A DNA stretch of 64,000 nucleotides. Source: Naegleria gruberi. Lineage: Eukaryota. Where the stretch lies: assembly GCA_000004985.1 (NCBI GenBank), contig GG738884.1; one strand, given 5' to 3'. The translations under genes and the position numbers were made by a program. This document shows, piece after piece, positions 43,401-52,483 of the stretch. Every line of letters begins with the position of its first letter. Positions within the stretch are counted from its first letter, which is position 1. The notes beneath the pieces are model-generated. The model saw only the letters and a list, made by a program, of their open reading frames with translations, was not told where the DNA came from and searched no databases.

Positions 43401-45587
43401 ATGTTGCTGAGGAGTAGCAAGCGATGATCTGAGAATACTTTCTCTCTTCAGTTGAGGATTGTTTTCAACGCCATCCATTCTTTGAGATCCAAGATCAAAT
43501 TCCGAGGCTCTTTCGAATGGTTCATCTGGATCATCAAATTCATTAAAATCAGCTGTTGAAGCAATATTATTACCCTTCTTGATACCAAATGAGAAGGTTT
43601 TACCTCCTGCTTCAGAGAATTTGGTCGAAGATGGAGGTGGATTGTCATCAAATGAAAAGTTTGGAACTATACGATTCTTCTTACTAGCTCCCTTTTTCAA
43701 ATTTGGTCTGAACTTCATTTTGGCTTCTTCATCTTCAATAGCCATAGCTTCTTGGAAGAGCTCTTGAGCAAATTCCTTATTGAATTTGAATTTTTCCACA
43801 TAAGATGCATAGTAACGAAGGACAGTCTTGTTATTTCTATGCTTGGCTATCAAATTTTGGAATGTTGATTCACACTCTGACATTAATTCGGAAGCTCTAG
43901 TGTTGGTTTGCTCAATCTTGTCAAAATTGATGATATCATTGGTCATTTCCTTCCAAAAAGCTCTGTGCAATGCTGCTAATTCGGACTGATTCTTCTCCAT
44001 TCTTTGCAAGAAGAATTTCAATTCGTATGGATTAGAGTTGTCAATCATTTCAAATTCCTTTTCTCTTTCAGAAATTAAGAATTTGTATAAAAAGTTTGGC
44101 TTTGCTTTCAGGGCCTTCTTTAAAAGTGATGAGGCAAAGACTTGAGCATTGACTTCATTCTTCCAATAGTAGGAAACAATTAAACTGCATGTAAGCAAGA
44201 GTCGAGAATCATTAAAGCTCTTTTGTAAAGATGCACCCTTAATAAGACTGAGAGCAATTTCTGGATCTGTAATGTCATCACCCTCTGTTCTATTCTTTGA
44301 TTTAAGAGAAAATTTAAAGAAGAGATTCAACTGTTTCAATCTATTATCTTCTTCAAATTCTTGATAGACAAGCTGAGCCTCCTTTTCCAGCATTTTAAGT
44401 GGAAGCTTTTCAGCATCAGCGTTTCCATCATTGCTTCTTCTGAGAATAGAGGATAATGCCTCAGCACGACGAATACTCACCATGAATCTACCTCTGACCT
44501 TTCTATAAATTACCGTCATGTATATTTCCAATCCTGCCATTCCCACCAAGAAACCAGTCATGATCAAACCCAAGGTAAGACCTGCGCCGAGACCAATACC
44601 CAATATGGAATTATCATCTGAATTGACTATTGAAGTTATTAATGCACCAATGGCTGCTCCCAATCTAGCCCCTGCAACACCAAAAACAAAAGAATTTTCA
44701 GTCTTTCTATAGAATGGTAAAAAGTAAAAAATCAAGACCATGAATACAAGTGTGATAGTGATATGTATCACAGATCTAATGTAGGCATATTGCTGAGGTA
44801 CCACATACATTAGCATTAATTGAAGTGGATTAGCAACAGACAAAAAACCCATTGGTATATTATTATCACCAATAAAGTAGCCTCCCTTAGTTTGTTCGGA
44901 TTCTTGTGAAATCATAATTGATAAAAAGTTCAAAATAAGCATTGGTATAAAGGCTATAATCATCAAGACAATGAGGACAATATTACCTGACATGACACAT
45001 GGTGTGGTATTAAATCTCGAGAGAACATAAATCTGTTCATCATAATTACTAATTGTGTGTAAAGCACTTGTATCACAATCAATAAAGGATGTAAATATAA
45101 AAGTCATTATCATACTAAGAACTTGAATAATATTTCCTAGTGTGGTGGCAGCCTTCTTGTAACGATCTAATTGTTTGCTAGATCGAAAGATTGCATGTAA
45201 GGCAAGGAAGAAACTCACCACTCCACAAGCTATTAACAAAAAGCTTGCTGCTCCAAGTGCTGCAATAGCACCAAAAGGTAAAAGGTGGAATGAAAGTGTT
45301 ATTGGATAATTAATAACTGTGAATAACCATTCTCCATATTCTCCCCAATTATAAGAACCTAGTGTTGGAAGAAATATAGAGACCCAAAATATGTACAAGT
45401 AGTATATTATAGACAGAGTTTTCCTTTTCCATCCATATTGCTTAACTTCGGATGATTCCATCGAAATCACAAACTTTGTAAAGCCCTCCTGTATCTTTAA
45501 CCATACTGATGCATAGAGTGAGGAACCTCCAGATGACTCTGATGAAACATTTGAACCTAGGGCAGAACCTTCATGATTTTGGTCCAT
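40401..45587 (-). CDS. Multi-pass membrane class III nucleotidyl cyclase with a PAS domain, 1728 aa; predicted adenylyl cyclase from its specificity residues
   Basis: Single uninterrupted ORF; ATG at 45585-45587. The N-terminal block has about 8-10 TM helices (residues about 60-370). A cytoplasmic region follows, then a second block of about 4 TM helices with large loops (about 730-1230). Next is a PAS domain ([41 protein letters not shown]...[42 protein letters not shown]). A signalling helix ([18 protein letters not shown]) leads into one cyclase catalytic domain ([12 protein letters not shown]...[14 protein letters not shown]...[39 protein letters not shown]). Lys in KTIGD and Asp in YDLWG are the adenine-selecting pair of class III cyclases. 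Confidence 0.8.
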   Translation of the reverse strand: [1728 protein letters not shown]

Positions 45588-46571
45588 TTTGTTATTATTG
45601 TTGTTATGTGAGTGATGTGGTTTTGAATTTGTGTGTGTTCAGTTATTGTATGAAGAGCCAATCTACAAACAATATATTAACCAACGTTGTTGTGTTTATC
45701 CGTTATGATGTTTGTAGATGTTTATAATGTCGTTCTTTTTAAATAAATATTAAGGCAGTTTCGAGAATGGAAATATTTTCATCCCACCCGATGTAATATT
45801 TACGATTATCCCTTTTTAATCCATAAGAAGCTACTTACATCTGGACTAGATTGATGACTATTACGTTTTCAAAAAACAATAAAACTCGAACTAGAGGAGA
45901 GGTTGAAATTCCTTAATGTTTGCTGTTGAGAATTTTCTCTCCGTTTTATATTGTTTTTTAACTTTCCCTATATTATTGACTGAAAAATACAATTTGATGA
46001 TTTTCCTTATTGTTCTTCTTCTGTATGATGATAAAACAATAATAATGTGAGATGTTGCTCTTATGGTGTGATGAGTGTTTTTTAACGCTTTGGTTTTGGC
46101 AAGTTTGGCGCGCATACAATTATTCTCACCACCACCAGTTTGCATTCTCGAATTGTATTGAATTTGCCCTTACTTGTTCTTGGTGATTTGGTCTCAATCT
46201 CACAACATTACTGTTTGAGGATGCTTAGAGGCAAGTTACTGCCAAGGAACAAGCAGTAACATTACCTTTTGGAAAGGTCTGAATGCAGTTAAGTGTTGGT
46301 TTGGGAAATTTGAAACAACTTTTTCAAATTCCAAGCAACGAACTGTGGCATAATTATGTACTTATGGAGGGGTTAGTTGGGCGAGCGTGGAAGTTTAAGG
46401 AACATTAAGCAGCTTACCAGTCGTAAGTATTGAAAGAAAATTGGAATCAAGCAATACATATTTCTAAAGAAATATGCTTGTATAGCTTGCTTAATTGCAT
46501 TGAGCTATTTAAGAACAGAGTAAGTGCACTTCCCCATACCGGAGTGGTTGAACATTTTCAGTAGTCATTCG

Positions 46572-46587
46572 CTCAACAAAGCCAATG
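46572..46587 (+). promoter_or_regulatory. Tandem direct repeat CCAATGAG-CCAATGAG (two CCAAT-box-like motifs) in a divergent intergenic region
   Basis: gccaatgagccaatgagc read directly. Position is about 0.8 kb upstream of the 47384 gene and about 1 kb upstream of the cyclase gene. Function not established. Confidence 0.2.
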
Positions 46588-47383
46588 AGCCAATGAGCAC
46601 TGTAAAGAAACTGAACTAGGTGATGAAAATTCCTTCTTTATACAATACTACGTTTTGGTTTAATCATTTCCGTTTAAAGAGTTTCTTTTTCCAATTGAGT
46701 AATGTCATTTGGAGCAACTTCAAATGATTTGTTACAATACATTTAACTACAGCCAAACCCAATTTGTGAAAGGCTAATAGACCAATCACCTCTTTATTGA
46801 TTTTTTTATCAATTTCCTTTCCTGGTTATCACCTTTTTTGATAGAAGTCAATTGCAAAATCTGATTTCAAAGCCACAAACTGTAATGTTTCCTTAAAGGC
46901 ATCACCTACCATAAGGTTCTCGTTTTGTTATCAGCAATATTCCACAACTGTTCCAATTGTGGAATTATTGCTGGTAACTATCAAGGGTCTTTTCTCGTAC
47001 AGTTTTATTTTGTCATCCGATTACCGAACAGAATCTGTTGCAGCATCCACAATTTAAATCACACCTGAATTTTCACACACAACCCAAGAAATTTGAGAAA
47101 CTCAAAAAAACATTGCCTGCTTCCGTGCACATCCATCATCATTGTTCTTGATTCAGGTTTTCTTCGGAATTAGTTTTCACATCAAAGAGTTGACGTAAAA
47201 ACCACTCTGAGGTATAAACAGTGATGTAACAAGACCAATACAAGAAGAGAGAACTCCATCATAGTATTGATTATATAAAACAAAAGGAATAATAGAACAC
47301 TTTCTATTCTCAATCTAACTCTTAATTGCCACACTCACAGTACTTAGACTTGTAGATATAACTGTTAATTTTCAAACCTCTCT

Positions 47384-48721
47384 ATGAAAGTAATTGTTGA
47401 AAATAATATTAAGGAAGGAATGAATCAATTAATGAACAGAAACAAGAGAACCGAGCCATCCCTACTGTTGATGACTGAAGATTCAAGCAGTGATCATCTA
47501 ACCATTAATGAATCATCCCCAATTAAATCACTAAATTCAGAACCATCATCATTCTCGGAAGGTTTTTATCATACATCCCTAATCACTACCACATCAGAAG
47601 AAACAAACCAATTGAATCATCAATACTCAATGCTTGATAATGCCAGAGATGAGGGTAACAATAATAATAAGGACAATTATATGAGTGTCATTGAGGAAGA
47701 AATATTTCCTGAAGAGTCACCAACAATTTTGGGCCCTACACCTCTCAATAATACCAACCCACAAATCGTCCATCTTAATACTTCACTCCCTAAGAATGGA
47801 TATCCTCTCTATAATTTAGCTCCATCCCTTCCTAGAATGAGCAATGTAAATTCTGTAAATAACCAAAATAGCAAACAAACTGAGAAGAATCAATTAAGAA
47901 TGAGGGCTGCCCTTAATGGACATGTTATATTCTCTCATCATCCAAAAGAATTGGGAGAATTTTATCATGTGGAGTGGTGGTATTATTTGAGTACTTTTGA
48001 TCATACCATGATTCCATTCTTTAAACATTCACAGGATGGTGATACTTCTATAGTTCAGATTGGGAATGCAATTCATTGTAGAGATTATCAATTGAAATTG
48101 GTCAGTCAATGTAAGGATTTATCATGTGATGATTTGTCTCACTTTTGGTCAACTTATTATTTTGATAATCAACATCGAATTCTTACTCAAAGTCCAGTAT
48201 CCATTTCAATGAGTCCCTTGTATCATAATGCGCCATCCAAGTCAGTTCAAGGAGGAGGTCATGATAATTCCATGATTGTCGATGAAGAATCTCTTTCAGA
48301 ATTTGACACCATCTCACAAGATGAAATTCATTCCATAAACTATGAACAATGGATTGAAACCAAGCATAATCATGAAGAACCTCAAATGGATGACAATTTT
48401 GAACAAGATGAATTCTTCCCATCTCACAATGATGAAGATTATATGGCAGATATTAGTAACATGTCAAATTCTTTCCACAAAAATGACACTTCTCATCAAG
48501 ATGAGATAGCCCACATCGCAGACTCAAGAATACAAGATACTCATCCATCCCATTCTGCAAAAGAACAAGACGAAGACAAGCAAGAAGCAATTTCCACAAC
48601 CTCCTCAAGAACAGATGAAGAAATTATGCTCTCTCTTGATCAATTCATTGAATCTTCCTCTTATCACATCAATGAACAATTCAAAATCATTTCAAGAGAA
48701 TTTTCACGAATTTTCTTCTAA
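47384..48721 (+). CDS. Hypothetical protein (445 aa) with an acidic C-terminal region
   Basis: ATG at 47384; long ORF with codon bias. No family recognised. Confidence 0.45.
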   Translation: MKVIVENNIKEGMNQLMNRNKRTEPSLLLMTEDSSSDHLTINESSPIKSLNSEPSSFSEGFYHTSLITTTSEETNQLNHQYSMLDNARDEGNNNNKDNYMSVIEEEIFPEESPTILGPTPLNNTNPQIVHLNTSLPKNGYPLYNLAPSLPRMSNVNSVNNQNSKQTEKNQLRMRAALNGHVIFSHHPKELGEFYHVEWWYYLSTFDHTMIPFFKHSQDGDTSIVQIGNAIHCRDYQLKLVSQCKDLSCDDLSHFWSTYYFDNQHRILTQSPVSISMSPLYHNAPSKSVQGGGHDNSMIVDEESLSEFDTISQDEIHSINYEQWIETKHNHEEPQMDDNFEQDEFFPSHNDEDYMADISNMSNSFHKNDTSHQDEIAHIADSRIQDTHPSHSAKEQDEDKQEAISTTSSRTDEEIMLSLDQFIESSSYHINEQFKIISREFSRIFF

Positions 48722-48799
48722 TAAACTCTTTTTAATTTTAAGTGCATACAAATCTAGGAGAATTGTTTGTTGTAATTTGAATATTTGAAACTTGTCTTT

Positions 48800-49381
48800 A
48801 TGGAAATTTCTAAAATGATTACAATCAAAAAAATGGCGCAACTGCTCGGCAATTATCACCTCAGCAATAATAGGCTTATGGTTCTTGTTGGAATTTTAAT
48901 GGCTTTTATATTGTTGATGATGATGAATAATTGTGTTATAGGTGGAATTGTCTCGGATGAAAAACATTCCGATGATGATCATCAGGAAGGGATGAAAATA
49001 GGAAGAACAAATAAGTGGATGAATAGAGCAGTGATGGCCTCTACGAATCAAACTGTTGCCAATAGCACAAACCCTATTGTTATTGATAATACTCTGCAAT
49101 ATTATTCATTGATACCAATCTTGTTGATGGGAGTGGTTGGATTGATAGTCTTTTGTGTTACGACAATTTCTACTATTATCTATTGTTGGAAGGAGTTTCA
49201 TGTCAAGAGGAAACAAGAACAGGATGGATTATCGGGTGCTAAAGAGGACATTATGGATAAACATTCAAATTTTAACAAGTTGAACACTAAATTAATTAAT
49301 AATAATGAAGATGATCAGAACGAGGAATCATTCACTAGAATTAGAAGACCTCACAGACCTAGCATTACAGAAGACGTTTAA
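48800..49381 (+). CDS. Small single-pass membrane protein (about 190 aa)
   Basis: The ORF-track start at 48785 is a TTG; the first ATG is at 48800. Hydrophobic signal/anchor, a second TM (LIPILLMGVVGLIVFCVTTISTIIYCW) followed by basic residues, and an acidic tail. Confidence 0.35.
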   Translation: MEISKMITIKKMAQLLGNYHLSNNRLMVLVGILMAFILLMMMNNCVIGGIVSDEKHSDDDHQEGMKIGRTNKWMNRAVMASTNQTVANSTNPIVIDNTLQYYSLIPILLMGVVGLIVFCVTTISTIIYCWKEFHVKRKQEQDGLSGAKEDIMDKHSNFNKLNTKLINNNEDDQNEESFTRIRRPHRPSITEDV

Positions 49382-49610
49382 TTATTTTCATTATTGTTTA
49401 TTTCAATTGGCACTTCACAGTGAGTGCTAAAGAAGAACTTTGTACATTATAGATGATCTTCCATAATCGTCTGTTCATGTATTGAACTTGATTAGTCAAT
49501 TATTATACTCTAATTGATATCACGGTAATCAATGATTGAAATTGATCTCCTTAGTAAAATGTCGGCGAGAAAGAATCAAGTAGTTGAATTGATTGGAAGG
49601 CGAATTTGAT

Positions 49611-51683
49611 TTATTGAACAGAACATCCCGTTTGTTGAGATTGGGCAATTTGCCTACAGATTGACAATAAAACTCTTAATCTTTCCTTAGTATTGGTAAT
49701 TGAAAGCAAGTCAAGTTTGAGTTGTGTTGTGAGAGGAAGCATGGCACTCACCCAAAAACTCAACTTTTCTGGTTCGTTTTCCTTTGGGAATGGTCCAATC
49801 TTTTGGAGAATGGCTTGCTTGGTTTCGTCACCAACTTCCATCATGAAAGTCTCAACCATCATGTAGAGTTGGTCATGTAATTGTTGGAGAGACAATCTCT
49901 CTGCTTGACGCCACACATTGGTTTGCAATTCAGCCAATGATGCAAAGGAGGTGAGGGGAATATTAGAACTAGCACCTGAATTGAGTGTTTCAGATTGTTG
50001 CTGCTGGCCATTGTTACCATTATTAGTAGTACTATTATTCGAGGATGAGCTCACAACAGCAGAAATAGTATCCCTATTTCTTTGAGAATTCTCAATGACA
50101 GATATTTCATTTTCAGTCTTATCTTTGAGAATTTGAACTTTGGCACAAATATATCCATCAGTGTCCCACTTTTCCAGAATTTTGAATCGTTCAGTACCAA
50201 CTGTCTCAATGATACTTCTACCATCTGGCAACATTTTAAAGCTCGTAATCTTGGCAATACACCCATACTTGGCAATGTCACCATTTCTATTGGGTCCACA
50301 ACAAACCAATCCAAAGCATTTACTTCCACTCATACATCTTCTCATCATGAGTCGATATCTTGGTTCAAAAATGTGCAATGGTAGTACGGTATGTGGATAG
50401 AGTACAAAGTCTAATACAAAGATTGGAATGTGATTCACATTGAGTTGTCTTGTCCCAACCTCTTCTTCCATTTCCTTCTTTCTCTCTTCGTATTGAGCTT
50501 TACAATACTTTTGACAGAGTTCATTAATAACCACAGTAATTGGATAATCGTATGGCACCACGTGAATGGTCTGTCTACACAGTGGACACTTATCACTATA
50601 ATCGTGCACTCTACAAATGCAACTTCTATCAAACGTATGTCCACAACTCAACGTTACAGGTTCATAGAATACTCTGTAACAAAGTGGACACTCAAGCTCT
50701 TCACAATCCTCGCTGAAATCATAGACAGTATTCGTTCTCTTTCTCTCAGTAACATCTTGATCCAAGGTTGGTTCTTCTTCTTGCTGTTGGAGTTTGGCCA
50801 ATCGTTCCTGTTCCTCCCTGTACATTTTGTCTTGAATTTGTTTTTCAAGTTGAGCTACATATCTATTGGCAGTATCATTTTGTGGATCATTTTGGAAGAT
50901 TGTCTTTAAATCTCTCTCAGCTTCTTGTTCCAGTTGCATTGGTAAAAGCATTTCAACCTTTTTCAAGAGTACACTAATCAATTGTGAACGAACTGCATAA
51001 ATTGTATCATTGATTTGCCTTAATCTTTCCTGATCGTGATAGAAAGTTTGCTGGAAATTCTTAATATCATCAAAGAATTGAAACTTTAGTTTGGATTCTC
51101 GTGTTTTCTGTAATAACTGATCTTGCTGACCCATCAAATCTTCTAAATGAGTTTGAAAATTCTTTGCCTTATTAGCCAACAATGAAAGAGCCTGATGTGG
51201 TTTCCTCTCTCTCACAAAACCATTCACTCGTTCCATAAATTGTTTCATCTCCTCTGGAGTCATTACAAAAAAGAATAGTTCATTATTAGAATTCAACACT
51301 TGCTTTTCTTCTTCTTGTCCTGAATTGTTGTTGTGCTGTTGAATTTTGGCATTGTTTTCATGTTGGGAGAGACATGAATCATGAGAAACTATTGTATCAT
51401 GATTATTATTGTAATGTTGATGAGGATTTACAGAGTGTTGATGATGTTGTTGTTGATTGGTGGAGGAAGTACTATAGGAACAATTGGTTGTTGGTGAATG
51501 TTGTTGTTGTTGTTGTTGGTCTTGTTGATTGGTAGAAGTAGAATTGTTATTAGGAGAGGATGTGGAAGAATAACCTCCATGATAGGCTTGATTATTGTTG
51601 CCATCATTCGGAGAGTTGCAATGTTCTTGTTGCTGATTAAAATTCATCATGCGTTGTTGATACTGCTGATTGTTATTATTCAT
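49611..51683 (-). CDS. LONRF-like protein (690 aa): poly-Asn/Gln N-terminus, C3HC4 RING finger, and an ATP-dependent protease La (LON) N-terminal substrate-binding domain
   Basis: RING: ECPLCYRVFYEPVTLSCGHTFDRSCICRVHDYSDKCPLCRQ. LON N-domain: IPIFVLDFVLYPHTVLPLHIFEPRYRLMMRRCMSGSKCFGLVCC...GCIAKITSFKMLPDGRSIIETVGTERFKI. ATG at 51681-51683. Confidence 0.75.
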   Translation of the reverse strand: MNNNNQQYQQRMMNFNQQQEHCNSPNDGNNNQAYHGGYSSTSSPNNNSTSTNQQDQQQQQQHSPTTNCSYSTSSTNQQQHHQHSVNPHQHYNNNHDTIVSHDSCLSQHENNAKIQQHNNNSGQEEEKQVLNSNNELFFFVMTPEEMKQFMERVNGFVRERKPHQALSLLANKAKNFQTHLEDLMGQQDQLLQKTRESKLKFQFFDDIKNFQQTFYHDQERLRQINDTIYAVRSQLISVLLKKVEMLLPMQLEQEAERDLKTIFQNDPQNDTANRYVAQLEKQIQDKMYREEQERLAKLQQQEEEPTLDQDVTERKRTNTVYDFSEDCEELECPLCYRVFYEPVTLSCGHTFDRSCICRVHDYSDKCPLCRQTIHVVPYDYPITVVINELCQKYCKAQYEERKKEMEEEVGTRQLNVNHIPIFVLDFVLYPHTVLPLHIFEPRYRLMMRRCMSGSKCFGLVCCGPNRNGDIAKYGCIAKITSFKMLPDGRSIIETVGTERFKILEKWDTDGYICAKVQILKDKTENEISVIENSQRNRDTISAVVSSSSNNSTTNNGNNGQQQQSETLNSGASSNIPLTSFASLAELQTNVWRQAERLSLQQLHDQLYMMVETFMMEVGDETKQAILQKIGPFPKENEPEKLSFWVSAMLPLTTQLKLDLLSITNTKERLRVLLSICRQIAQSQQTGCSVQ
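51500..51520. repeat. (TTG)6-7 microsatellite (poly-Gln on the minus-strand CDS)
   Basis: ttgttgttgttgttgttgg read directly; inside a wider CAA/CAG-rich low-complexity coding tract of about 300 nt (about 51380-51760). Confidence 0.7.
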
Positions 51684-52483
51684 TGATGATGTTAGATGAT
51701 GATGTTGATAATTATTGTTATTGTTGTTGTTGATTATTAATTGATGATTCGGAGTGATGATGATTATTCATCTTGTTTTTATATTTGGAAAAATTAATGT
51801 TGTGTTGTGATGACTTGTTTTAAAACACAACTCTAATGCGCAGAGTGCACTAACAATATACTATTATAAGAAGTTGCAAATTTTCTTCTTCTTCTTGTGT
51901 CAAGTATAATTCTTGAGGAGTAAAGTGAATTGTTATGATTGAACAAATTGAAATTCTTTTTTAGATGGTTTGCTAATTGGCTTGCAGATTTTCAAAACTG
52001 CTGAACGCACGAATCAAACATTACTTGGACTTGAAGTCCGTCAATTATAAGATAGTTATCTGAGGCAAAATGCATTGTTCAAGCATGGAGAGAGATTCTG
52101 AATAAAGGGTATCTGAAAAAATGAGAATCATATTTCTATTATTTGAGATTGAACAGAGATTTTTCCAAAAATTACTTTAACTTGGTTTGTTAGTAGTGGA
52201 ATAGTGGAAGGAGGATTACAACAAGTAAAATTACTTGGATTTTTAATGAAATTTAGAGTGATAAGTAGTGGTTGTGGTGGTTACATTATGCAGTATAATG
52301 ATTGAGTTGAAGGGCAACTTGCAGTATTGGAAGAGAAGTGTTTTGTGTTGCACAGCTGCTTGAACATTTCCTTTTTGGATCTTCAATTAGCTCAATGCAA
52401 CTTTGGTTTAGTCCTTGATTTAATCCTAATCTTTTTCTTTGTATACTTTGTTTGCTGAACAATGTTCAATTAATGGTGGTTGA

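Noticed and set aside
40401-45587. Rhodopsin-guanylyl-cyclase (RhGC-type) fusion or guanylyl cyclase
   Set aside because: The N-terminal membrane block is followed by a long soluble region and a second TM block rather than a single 7-8-TM opsin. I could not find the opsin retinal-Lys (DxxxK in the last helix) or RYxDW/WxxYP motifs by eye. The catalytic domain has the Lys/Asp (adenine) rather than Glu/Cys (guanine) specificity pair.
46140-46620. Specific identification as SRP RNA, a spliceosomal snRNA or 5S rRNA
   Set aside because: Only loose motif resemblance (AGGTCTGAA.GCAG). No Sm site, no U1/U2/U5/U6 signature sequences and no 5S consensus were recognisable without a covariance-model search. 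Kept only as a generic ncRNA candidate.
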